Shown: positions 42,961-54,500 of the stretch, piece after piece | Layout of the letters: the number at the start of each line of letters is the position of its first letter | Position numbering within the stretch: position 1 is the first letter of the stretch | Translations under genes and position numbers: made by a program | Notes under the pieces: model-generated | What the model was told of the DNA's origin: nothing | Seen by the model: the letters and a program-made list of their open reading frames with translations, nothing else | The model's database searches: none | Source of the DNA: Bryobacterales bacterium | Lineage (GTDB): Bacteria; Acidobacteriota; Terriglobia; Bryobacterales; Bryobacteraceae | Assembly: GCA_963742155.1 (NCBI GenBank) | Contig: CAVUKY010000004.1 | Coordinates: 60,183-124,182, forward strand | DNA: 64,000 bases | Direction of reading: 5' to 3'

Positions 42961-43449
42961 CTACTGCCCGGCAGCGAGTTTCGACGTCAGCATCCAGCGC
43001 AGCACGCCATGCGGCTCGGCCGGGAACCGCTCCAGTTCGATGCACACGATGGCGCCCTTCTTGAAATCCACCTGAAGATTCGGCGACCCGAGCAGATATG
43101 CCGTCAAGCGGCTGAACAGCGGCTCGTGCCCGGCCAGCAGAATTCGCGCCTCGTCTTTGTGTACGCGGATCTCATCCCAAACCGTTTTGGGCGATGAGCC
43201 TGGCTCCAGCGCCTTGGTGCGCAGCAGATCGCCCTTGTACTCCAAAATCTCGGCGGCGAGCTGAGCTGTTTGCAGCGCGCGCTTGTAAGGGCTGGTCAAA
43301 ATCAGCGACGGCGCAACGCCGGCCGAAGCCGCCGTGCGCAGAACATTGCGCAGCTTCTTGCGACCATCGGGGGTGAGCGCACGCTCGGAATCCGGCTGAC
43401 CGGTTTGCGGTTCTTCGGCAACTCCGTGCCGGAGGATATAAATTTCCAT
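42961..43449 (-). CDS. sixA: Phosphohistidine phosphatase SixA (histidine phosphatase superfamily)
   Basis: Intact ORF of 162 aa. It starts MEIYILRHGVAE (RHG catalytic motif) and has LTSPYKRALQTA and LLAGHEP. Confidence 0.8.
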   Translation of the reverse strand: MEIYILRHGVAEEPQTGQPDSERALTPDGRKKLRNVLRTAASAGVAPSLILTSPYKRALQTAQLAAEILEYKGDLLRTKALEPGSSPKTVWDEIRVHKDEARILLAGHEPLFSRLTAYLLGSPNLQVDFKKGAIVCIELERFPAEPHGVLRWMLTSKLAAGQ

Positions 43450-43467
43450 TCCTGATAGCCTACTGGT

Positions 43468-44674
43468 TTGAAACCCTATCTCGACCGCAGCGCGTTTTAT
43501 CTCACGTGCGGCGCGCTCCTCTCCATTCTATTCTCGATTGCCGTCTCGCAAATTCTTCTGGCTCTCGCACTGGCGGCTCTGTTGTTTTCGTCCACCAAGA
43601 TCCGGCTGCCGCCCGTCAAACTTCCGCTCGGGCTTTTTCTGGCCGGAACGGTGATCTCGCTGCTGGCCTCCGGCCACATCCAGGAGGGCATGCCGCAGAT
43701 CCGCAAGTTTTACGTGTTCTTCATTTTGCTGGTGGCTTACAGCACTTTCCGCAAGCTCTCCCAGATTCGCGCCGTGGTGCTGCTGTGGGCCGGAATCGCG
43801 ACGCTCTCGGCCGCGCGCAGCTTGTTCCAATTCTGGCGAATCTACCAGCAATCGCAGGAGCAGCACTCGGCTTTTACGAATTCTACGTGGGATCGCGGAT
43901 CACGGGCTTCATGAGCCATTGGATGACGTTCGGCGCCGAAGAGATGATCGTGCTGTTGCTGCTGGCGTCGTACTTGTTCTTCTCGCGCCAGCGCCGCTGG
44001 AAAGGGCGGGCTGGCTGTGCGCCGGCGATTCTGGCTTTGCTCCATGGTGCTCGGATTCACGCGCAGCATTTTTCTGCTCGGCTTTCCGCTCGGCCTGCTC
44101 TACCTGCTGTGGTTTTGGAAGAAATGGCTGGTGGCGGTAGTGCCCGCAGTCGTTCTGGTCGTTTTCTTTCTCGGGCCGCAGGCTCTGAGGGAACGGATCA
44201 ATTCCGTCGTCGAGCCGCATGGTGAAATGGATTCGAACCGCCATCGGGCAATCCTGCGCGAAACCGGCATGCTGATCATCCGCGCACATCCCTGGTTCGG
44301 GCATTGGGCCCGAGCAAGTGAAGTATCAATTCGATCGATGGGTGCCGGCGTCCGCGCTGCCGTTACCGGTCGGCTATTACGGGCACCTGCACAATGTCTA
44401 TTTGCAATATGCAGCCGAGCGCGGCCTTCCGACGCTGCTGATATTTCTTTGGCTGATCGCGAAAATCCTGTGGGACTTCGCGCGGGCTCTGCGCCGAAAA
44501 CTCACCGATCCAGATGCACGATTCGTTTTGCACGGAGCCATCGCGGTGATCCTTGCGATGCTGGCCGAGGGCTTCGCCGAGAACAATCTCGGCGACAGCG
44601 AAGTGCTGACGATGTTTCTCGCGGTGGTGGCGTTCGGTTACGTCGCGAGCGAGGACGCCGGGGCGGGCGCTTAA
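43468..44674 (+). CDS. O-antigen ligase/polymerase (Wzy_C) family membrane protein, frame-disrupted (about 3 breaks)
   Basis: ORFs 43468, 43506, 44017 and 44318 supply consecutive multi-TM segments. The Wzy_C-like block reads GFTRSIFLLGFPLGLLYLLW...HRAILRETGMLIIRAHPWFG...HLHNVYLQYAAERGLPTLLIFLWL. Confidence 0.7.
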
Positions 44675-44678
44675 CAAA

Positions 44679-44741
44679 GGGATACAGGGAATACGAGGAA
44701 TACTAGGAATACGCGACCATTCCTCGTATTCCTTGGATTCC
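44679..44741. repeat. Heptamer-built inverted repeat between convergent genes
   Basis: GGAATAC-type heptamers are repeated (GGGATACAGGGAATACGAGGAATACTAGGAATACG). GGAATACGAGGAAT (44688-44701) pairs perfectly with ATTCCTCGTATTCC (44719-44732). Confidence 0.7.
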
Positions 44742-44795
44742 AGCCAGCCGCAAGCGGCTAAGTATTCCCGGAACTCGCCGTAGAACGGCGACGTT

Positions 44796-46122
44796 CTACT
44801 GCATTGGTCCGTGATGCTCTGGCGGACGTTTCTTGCGCGTCCCTCCGCCCCCACGGCGCGGCCGGTCGGCGCTATTGCCCGAGCCGCGGGCTTGCGCGCG
44901 CGGCGCACCGGTTTGGGCTTAACAGGCGGAGGATTCGGCTCCAGCAGCGAAGGCTGGCCTTCGACGATGGGCTGCTTCTCGTCCTCTTCCTCTTCTTCGA
45001 CGTGCGGTTCCGGCGCCCGCTCCGGCTCAGCGGGCGGATAGAACTCGGCGCCCATGTACACGATGGGCCCCTTCTCTTCGTCCGGCTCCACGCGCACCAC
45101 CAGCTTGTCCTGCGCGTAGTTGAGGAATTCGGAGAATTCCTGGAATCCGTACGCAGCGGCCGAGAAGTTCGGGAACCTCGGTTTGCACCCATCCTGCCAG
45201 ATCGTCCAGCAGAACGCCGTTCTCCATCTCCAGGCGATGAGTTTCCAGCACGTCGCGCAGCGGCGGCAGCGCCTCTTCCGGCTTGGGCGTCGGACGCTCC
45301 GGCTGGGAAGCACCCTTGCGTTCGATGATGTAGCGGCCACCCTGGCCGCTGACGTTCACGTAATCGGCCTTCTTCAATTTCTCGACAAAATCCGAGAAGC
45401 TGTTGGCGCCGTACGCCTTTTCGGTGAAGGCCGAATCCAGCTGCAGCATGGTGGACTTCAACAGCCCAAGCTGCGGCTGCACGGCGCGGCGCTCCAACAC
45501 TTGCAGAGCGCGCTCCACCAGCGGCATGGCCTGCGCCAGATCGAGCGGCGCCGGCCGGCATGCGCTGTCCGCCCGGCGGGCGATCCCGGCCAGCCTGCTG
45601 CTCGCCGGCTTGCCCTTGCGGACGCGGCGCGCGATCGCGGCTCTGGCCACGATCCTCCGAGAGCAGCGACTCGTAGCTCACGAACTCGTGACAGTTCTGT
45701 TGCAGGATGGTGCTGGTGAAGGCCTTGCCTCCCACCACAAATACGGTCTTGCCGTATTCTTTCAGCTTGTTCACCAGCGGGATGAAGTCGCTGTCGCCGC
45801 TGACAATGGCGAACGCGTTCACGTGCGGATGGGTGAAAGCCATCTCCAGCGCATCCAGCGCCAGATTGATATCGCCGCCGTTCTTGTCGCCGCGCGGGGA
45901 GGGCAGGCGCTGCACCATTTGCACGGCGTTCTCCGCCATGGACCGGGCCGCGCCTTCCTGGCGCCCCCAGTTGGCGTAAGCAAATTTCGCGACCAGGTCG
46001 CCGCGCTCCTTGAGCGCATCCAGCGGCAGCGAAACATCAAATTCGCGCCGCAAAGTCGATTTCACGCCGATTTCAATATTGTCGTAATCGACAAACACGG
46101 CGATGTTCAGTTTTTCTTGCAT
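44796..46122 (-). CDS. NYN (LabA-like) domain protein with OST-HTH/LOTUS domains and a basic tail, frame-disrupted (about 3 breaks)
   Basis: ORF 44872..46122 has the N-terminal NYN domain (NIAVFVDYDNI, AIVSGDSDFIPLVNKLKEYGKTV). ORF 45027..45650 has LOTUS-like LKSTMLQLDSAFTEKAYGANSFSDFVEKL. ORF 44363..45340 has a second one, FSAAAYGFQEFSEFLNYAQD. The likely tail RPRRGGGGTRKKRPPEHHGPMQ ends at TAG 44798-44796. Confidence 0.7.
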
Positions 46123-46140
46123 TTAGTTTTGTTAGTACAT

Positions 46141-46168
46141 GGGCGCTCAGCGCCCGTGTTTTGTTTTC
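46141..46168 (+). terminator. Terminator-like GC hairpin plus T-tract; orientation does not fit either neighbour
   Basis: GGGCGC tca GCGCCC (46141-46155) is followed by GTGTTTTGTTTTC. It lies between the NYN gene start (46122, minus) and the mutase small-subunit stop (46202, minus). Confidence 0.3.
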
Positions 46169-46201
46169 AAAATATGCGGGCATCTCTGGCCCGCGGTTGC
46201 T

Positions 46202-46603
46202 TCACGCGGTCTGCTTTACAGAAGACCGTATGAAGTCGACGATCGCTTCGAGCGACGCCCCTGGCTGGAATACAGCCGCAACGCCCAGCTTCTTTAGCTC
46301 GGCGGCGTCCTCGTCAGGAATTATACCGCCGACCAGGACCAGGACGTCGTCCATGCCCTTTTCGCGCAGCAAATCCATAATACGCGGAACGATCGCGTTA
46401 TGGGCGCCGGACAGGATGGACAGGCCAATTACCTGCACGTCCTCCTGCAAAGCCGCGCTCACGATCATTTCCGGAGTCTGGCGCAGGCCGGTGTAAATCA
46501 CCTCCATGCCCGCGTCGCGCAAAGCTCGCGCGATGACCTTCGCTCCCCGGTCATGGCCGTCCAAACCCGGTTTGGCGACCAGCACCCGGATGCGGGGATC
46601 CAT
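46202..46603 (-). CDS. Methylmalonyl-CoA mutase-family small subunit (cobalamin-binding domain)
   Basis: Intact ORF of 133 aa. B12-binding motif DxHxxG appears as [13 protein letters not shown], followed by GLSILSG. Confidence 0.85.
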   Translation of the reverse strand: MDPRIRVLVAKPGLDGHDRGAKVIARALRDAGMEVIYTGLRQTPEMIVSAALQEDVQVIGLSILSGAHNAIVPRIMDLLREKGMDDVLVLVGGIIPDEDAAELKKLGVAAVFQPGASLEAIVDFIRSSVKQTA

Positions 46604-46628
46604 ACACCTTGATGGTAGCAGGATCGCG

Positions 46629-48234
<1,606 letters not shown>

Positions 48235-48249
48235 TGTAGGTCCGGATGG

Positions 48250-49129
48250 CTACTTCTCCTTCATGAGCTGCTTGCGGATCGCCTCCAGATCCCTGCGGCG
48301 CTCCGGAGTGGACTTGGGGTAAGCCATTTTGAGCCCCTGGAGGGCATCCAGCATGATCCGGGAAATGATCAGACCGGTATTCTGCTTGTCATCGGCGGGA
48401 ACAATATACCAAGGCGCGTTCTCTGTGCTGGTGGCGCTGAGGCACTCCTCGTACGCTTTCATATACTGCTTCCAGTACTTCCGTTCCTTGATATCGTCGG
48501 CGCTGAATTTCCAGTTCTTTCCCGGATCGTCGATGCGTTTGAGGAAGCGCTTCTTCTGTTCGTCCTTGGAAAGATGCAGGAAGAACTTGATGACGCGCGT
48601 GCCATTGCGGTGGAGATGCTCCTCCAGGTTTTGGATGGAACGATACCGGTCGCGCCAAAAATGTTTCTGGTCCACCAACTCCTCGGGAAGATCCTCGTTG
48701 CTCAGGATCTCGGCGATGCACGCGAACGATCAGCACCTCCTCGTAATAAGAGCGATTGAAGATGCCGATCTTGCCGCGCTCGGGCAGGCGCCGGGCCGCG
48801 TTCCACAAGAAGTCATGCTGCAGCTCCTCGGTGCTGGGATGTTTGAAACTGAAAACCTGGCAGCCTTGAGGATTGACGCCGGACATCACGTGCTTAATAG
48901 AGCTGTCCTTGCCGGCCGCGTCCATGGCTTGAAAAATCAGCAGCAGCGCATAGCTGTTGGTGGCATACAACAGGTTTTGCTGGGCGCTCAGTTTTTCGAT
49001 ATGTTCGCGGAGCAGCTCTTCGTACTCGTCTTTCGAGCTATAGACTGGCTTCCCTTTGGTGGGCCACTTGTCGAGCGAGACGTTCTTGCCAGGCCGAACA
49101 CGATAGTCGTCGGGATTGATCTTTTTCAT
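48250..49129 (-). CDS. ppk2: Polyphosphate kinase 2 family protein, frame-disrupted (1 break near 48710)
   Basis: ATG 49129 starts [14 protein letters not shown] 48389..49306 has [20 protein letters not shown] (P-loop) and [19 protein letters not shown] 48250..48678 has the C-terminal half ([32 protein letters not shown]). Confidence 0.85.
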
Positions 49130-49136
49130 GGCTATA

Positions 49137-49995
49137 TTAATTAGGGCACACCTGCAGGCTGAGGGACGCCTCCATCCGCGAGCCCGATCCGCCGGAATAC
49201 CATCCCGCCACCGGCGACGCCAGATCGTGATCAAATCCGGCAGCCACGGCGATGTGCCGGTTCGAAACGGCGAGGCCGCGCGAAGGATCGTACCCGCGCC
49301 ATCCAATGCCCGGCAGATAGACTTCGGCCCAGGCGTGCATATATGAATCCTGATTATTTAGGGAGCTGCTGGCCGACGCGCATTCGTACCCGCTGACGAA
49401 CCGCGCGGCGATTCCCATCACGCGGCAAGCGTCGCAGAATAGGACCGCCAGATCGCGGCAAGATCCCTGCTGCGAGCTCAGCGTCTGATAGGAGGGCCAC
49501 GGAGGACCATACGGCCGCGTCACCTGGCGGCAGGTTTCAAAGATTTGCCGGCTCAGCGCCGACAAGAACGAAAGTGTATTCCATTGGGCCGTCGGCGGCT
49601 GTGGATTTGGCATACTGCTTCACGGATTCGGCGACGTGCGCATCGTTGCGGTAAGCAGCGAGAGCCGCGCACAACGGATCGACATACCACAGCGGAAGAT
49701 TCAACGATTGACTGGTCAGCACGTAATCAAACGGGTTCTCGCGAAGCATCTCCACCGTGAAGCGGCTCGCCACGCGCAACTCATTGGTGGGGGCGTTAAA
49801 CCACGCGTTCAGGGCGAGAGTGCCATCCTGATCCAGGCACTCGGTGGTTCCGGCGGGCGTCGGCGAGATTTGAAGGTCGAACGCCAGCAGCCGTTGCGCG
49901 CTGTTCTCGCGCGGCCGCAGGCGGAAAATATGAGGCTCCAGGTACACCGGAAAATCGTAGCGGTAAACGGTGGAATGCGTAACGTTAATCTTCAT
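49137..49995 (-). CDS. Transglutaminase-like cysteine protease-fold protein, frame-disrupted (1 break near 49580)
   Basis: ORF 49537..49995 has the Bact_transglu_N-like start [32 protein letters not shown] 49137..49613 has the core with Cys in [11 protein letters not shown], His in [13 protein letters not shown] and Asp in GYDPS. Confidence 0.8.
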
Positions 49996-50848
49996 GCGAG
50001 AAATGCAGCGGATCCCTCAGGTTTTGCAGCTCCCGGTAATAATACAGTGGAGCCGGACGCCTGCCCTGGAACTTTAGCGTCTTGAGAAATTCGATCTCCT
50101 GCTCGGTGGCGTCGCCGCTCAGGGATTTGTCGTTGAGGAACTGTTCGAAGCCGGGTTCTATGGCGAACGATTGATGCGGCTCCTGTTCTACAAACTCAAA
50201 GCGCTTGCCGGTGCGCGGGCGCCAGCCGGTGGATTCAGCACAATCTCCATGCCGAAGGTCTTCAGGTCCATATCCCAGGAGTCGATGATCGGATCGAGGA
50301 ACGAAACGCAGTTCTCCACGGAAATATTGAAGACCTCCGTGTCCAGGAACTCCAGAATCGCCACGCGCATTTGCTCATAGCTGCGGCCGCTCACTTGAGC
50401 CATCAGGCGCAGCCACTCCTCGCTTCTCAATTCGTCTCTGGCGACGCCCTGAGCGACGTCGAGAAGCTTTTGCGTCACCAGGCGTTCCAACTCACCAAAA
50501 GGCTCTTTCTCAAAAATTCTGCGTACTTCTTTTTCGCTGATCGGGCTCGCATTTGCGCAGGATCAACTCGCGGCATTCTTTGAACAGCGCAATGGGCGGC
50601 TCGGTGACGCGCTTCTTCAGCTCCTCCTGACGCTGAAGGTCCGCGAGTCTCGAAAGTTCGCCGGCCGGCAGCTTCAGGAAGTCGCCGATTTTGTCGTAGA
50701 TGTCGGTGCGTCCCGGCGCAGGAGGGGCCTTTTTTCGAGTCAGAAGCTGGGAGACGTAGGATTCGGTCACTTGGGTAGCGGCAGCCAGATCTCGCTGATC
50801 AAGACCCAGCTCGCTAAGCCGTTGCTTGATGACTAGGGAGACGTCCAA
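49985..50848 (-). CDS. XRE-type HTH protein with a large uncharacterised C-terminal domain, frame-disrupted (2 breaks)
   Basis: ORF 50510..50848 has the HTH (LGLDQRDLAAATQVTESYVSQLL). ORF 50188..50490 supplies the middle. A third frame gives [74 protein letters not shown], ending at TAA 49987-49985. This overlaps the transglutaminase start (49995) by 11 nt. Confidence 0.6.
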
Positions 50849-50905
50849 GGGTCAACCTATTAACCGCGAACAGTAAACCACGATCTCATTCTGGCACGCA
50901 GTCGG

Positions 50906-50935
50906 TTGACATGCAACCAATACTTAACTGATAAT
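50906..50935 (+). promoter_or_regulatory. Sigma-70-like promoter candidate
   Basis: TTGACA (50906-50911), an 18-nt spacer, then GATAAT (50930-50935). It sits just upstream of the small ORF whose first ATG is at 50955. Confidence 0.3.
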
Positions 50936-50936
50936 A

Positions 50937-51182
50937 GTGAATGCAGAGCGCATCATGGACAAGAGACTAGCAAAACGACACAAGCGCCAGGTTGCCCGCG
51001 CGAAAGAGCATGTGAAACTGTCTGAGCCCGATCTGAGGACGCCCGAGCAAATCAAAGCTGCCCGCGACGCCAGTCGCGCCACCCGGAGTGGCAGCAGCGG
51101 CGATAACAACGTCCGGAACTCGACGCCCACGTTCCGCAGCAATGTCCAGGGTACTGGGAGTGCGGCAAAGACCGATGGTTAG
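50937..51182 (+). CDS. Small basic hypothetical protein (start more likely ATG 50955)
   Basis: ORF of 81 aa, lysine/arginine-rich (KRLAKRHKRQVARAKEH). No family was recognised. Confidence 0.3.
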   Translation: MNAERIMDKRLAKRHKRQVARAKEHVKLSEPDLRTPEQIKAARDASRATRSGSSGDNNVRNSTPTFRSNVQGTGSAAKTDG

Positions 51183-51200
51183 GAATGAGGCCAAGAAGTT

Positions 51201-51371
51201 ATGTTTTCCACCCGCTGCCCGCATTGCAGATCCGTTGATTTCAGAGGCGTAGGCGTTCGAAACGTCATGGAGAAGGCGCTCCACTGGATTCTGTGGCCCT
51301 ATCGCTGCACGCTGTGCGGCAAGCATTTTTTCCTGCTGCGGTGGATGGCGCCCGTGGGCGGGACTGCCTAG
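51201..51371 (+). CDS. Small zinc-ribbon protein (56 aa; below the ORF-track cutoff)
   Basis: It reads MFSTRCPHCRSVDFRGVGVRNVMEKALHWILWPYRCTLCGKHFFLLRWMAPVGGTA, with CxxC...CxxC. A GAGG lies about 10 nt upstream of the ATG. Confidence 0.35.
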   Translation: MFSTRCPHCRSVDFRGVGVRNVMEKALHWILWPYRCTLCGKHFFLLRWMAPVGGTA

Positions 51372-51588
51372 CGACGGCCGCTCACCGATCCCTATCGCAG
51401 TCGCAGCACTGTCATTAGGACTCGGGTGGTAAACTCAGCAATATGGCGGTTGCGAGGCAGACCTGGAATTCAGAGCTCAGGAAACTTGTCGAGCAAGGAT
51501 CTCAAGGTAGCCAAATCCTTAGACCTCCGAGCAGCGTCTGTGGGTGCAGGAATTGCGCTTGAAGCCGCCGGTTGTGTCTCGCTGAATC

Positions 51589-54500
51589 CTAGCGCCAGCG
51601 GCGCGACGGTACCTTGCGCTTGGTATCCACCAGCTGGACTTCGGCCGAGAAGGCTTGATCGAGCAACTCCGCCAGCTCCTCCTGATGGCGCTTCAGCGAA
51701 CCCGATGCCGGACTGGCGCTGGGAGCGCGGCCGGCGTAGCGCAACACGCGCTGCGTCGATTCCAGCACCGGCTGCATCTGCTCCTGCACAAAGCGCCAGG
51801 CGCCCATATTGCGCGGCTCTTCCTGCACCCACACCACTTCCGCGGTGTCGGGATAACGCGCCAGAATATCGCGCACTTGTCCGGCCTGGAACGGATACAT
51901 CTGCTCCAGGCGAACGATCGCGACGTTCTGGATCTTGCGCTCTTCGCGCGCGGCCAGCACGTCATAGTAAACCTGGCCGGAGCACATCAGCACGCGGCTG
52001 ACGCGCGAAGCTCGATGCCCGTGGTGTCGTCGAGCACTTCGCGGAACGAACCGCTCATCAGATCATTCACGCTGGAAACGGCCTTGGGATGGCGCAGCAT
52101 GCGCTTGGGCGTGAACACGATCAGCGGTTTGCGCATGCCGCGGCGATCCAGCCCGCCGTGCATCTGGCGGCGCAGCAGATGGAAATATTGCGCGGGCGTG
52201 CTGGCGTTCACCACTTGCATGTTGTCTTCGGCGCACAGCATGAGGAAGCGCTCGATGCGCGCGCTGGAATGCTCCGGGCCCTGCCCTTCGTAGCCGTGCG
52301 GCAGCAGCAGCACCAGGCCGCTGGGCTGGCCCCACTTGGATTCGGCGCTGGCGATGAACTGATCGATCAGGATCTGCGCGCCGTTGGCGAAGTCGCCGAA
52401 CTGCGCTTCCCACAGCACCAGCGTCAGCGGATCGGCCACGCTGTAGCCGAATTCGAAGCCCATCACCGCATACTCGCTGAGCGAGCTGTCGAAAACATCG
52501 AAGCGCGCCTGGTTGGGCGACAGATGCTGCAGCGGAATATAGCGTTCGCCGGTTTCGCTGTCGTACAACACCAGATGCCGCTGGCTGAAAGTGCCGCGGC
52601 CGCTATCCTGGCCGCTGAGCCGCACGGGCGTGCCTTCCAGCACCAGCGTGCCGAAAGCCAGCGTTTCCGCCGTGGCCCAATCGATGGGCGCGCCCCGCAG
52701 GATCTCCTGCCGCTTTTTGAGCGTACCTTCCAGCTTGGGATGGACGTGGAACTCGTCGGGGAACGTGGTGATGCCGTGCACCACGCGCTCCAGCGCCGCT
52801 CGATCCACGGCCGTGTTGGGACGCGGCGCGATCATCTCTTCCGGATCTACCGCGCTCAGCTCCTGAACCTGATACTGCTCGCGATTTTGCTTGGACGCGT
52901 CGTAGATCTCGTTCAGGCGCTGGTTGATGCCCTTGCGAATCTGCGCCACTTCCTTCGTCGATCAAGCTCTCGCGAACCAAGGTCTCCGAATACGAAGTGG
53001 CCACCGAAGGATGATTGCGAATCTTGCGATACAGAATGGGCTGCGTGTAGCTGGGGTCGTCGCCTTCGTTGTGGCCGTGCCGGCGATAGCAGAACATGTC
53101 GATCACGACATCGCTCTTGAAGGTCTGGCGGTAATCGTAGGCCATCTGCGCCACGCGAATGCAGGCTTCGGGATCGTCGCCGTTGACGTGGAAGATGGGC
53201 GCTTGCACCATGCGCGCCACATCGGTGGAATAGGGCGTGGAGCGCGCTTCGTTGGGATTGGTGGTGAATCCGATCTGGTTGTTGATCACCAGATGGATGG
53301 TGCCGCCGGTGGTGTAGCCTTCCAGTTGCGAGAGATTCAGCGTCTCCGCCACCACGCCCTGTCCGGCGAAGGCCGCGTCGCCGTGAATCAGAATCGGAAT
53401 CACGCGCTCGCGGGCGGTATCGCCCAGCCGGTCCTGCTTGGGCCGCACGAGGCCTTCCACCACCGGGTCGACGGCTTCCAGATGGCTGGGATTGAACGCC
53501 ACCGAAACCACGATTTCGCGCCCCGATGACGACTTGCGCACGCCGCTGGCGCCCAGGTGATATTTCACGTCGCCCGAGCCCTGCGTGCTGTCGGGATCGA
53601 TGCCTTCAAACTCGGAGAACACCTGCACCATCGATTTGCCGACGATGTTCGCCAGCACGTTCAGGCGTCCGCGGTGCGCCATGCCGATCACCGCTTCGTG
53701 TACGTTGGTGGCCGCGGCGCGGTCCAGGATTTCGTCCAGAATCGCGATGGCCGATTCGCCGCCTTCCAGCGAAAAACGCTTCTGGCCGATGAAGCGCGTG
53801 TGCAGAAAATGCTCGAACTCTTCGGCTTCGATAACGCGCTGCAGCGCGCGCAGCTTGGTCTGCGGATCCAGCGGCCAGCGATTGCCGGTGGGCTCCATGC
53901 GGAGCTGCAGCCAGCGCTTCTGCTCCGGAATCTGGATGTTCATGTACTCGCAGCCGATTTTTCCGCAGTAGGTCTGGCGCAGCGTTTCCAGGATTTCGCG
54001 CAGCGTGGCCATCTTCTGCGGCTGGTCGTCCTCCGACATCAAGGTGCCGGTCAGGAATTCGCGATCGAGATCCCAGATGGTGAGGCCATAGGTGGCCGGA
54101 TCCAGTTCGGAATGATAGACCGGCTCGGAGCCTAGCGGATCGAAATCGGCGATCAGATGGCCGCGCACGCGGTAGGCATTGATGAGCTGCAATACCGCGG
54201 CTTCCTTGGCCACTTCGTCCTGCTGCGCGCCGCGCAGGCCAGGAACAGAGACCGTCCGGTCCGGCTCCCAGTGAACCGGCTTGTGAGGAATCTTCAGGTC
54301 GCTGAAGATCTTCTCGTAGAATCCGTCTTCGCCTTCGAGCAGCGCCTGCAGGCGGCCCAGGAACGTGCCGGACTCGGCGCCCTGCACCACGCGATGATCG
54401 TAGGTGCAGGTGACCGTCATCACCTTGCTCAGGCCCAGCTGCGCGCGCAGTTGATCGGTGACGCCGTGATACTCGGCCGGATAATCGATGGCGCCGGTGG

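Noticed and set aside
44363-45340. 325-aa minus ORF extending the NYN/LOTUS protein through the heptamer hairpin into the antisense of the O-antigen-ligase-like gene
   Set aside because: The extension translates a structured repeat (IPSIPRIPCIP) and antisense membrane-protein sequence. A one-base shift gives a short basic tail with a stop at 44796, which is more plausible.
50892-50897. Sigma-54 type -24 element (TGGCAC), here and at 55444-55449
   Set aside because: Neither site is followed by TTGC at the required 5-nt spacing (CGGT and TCGG are found instead).
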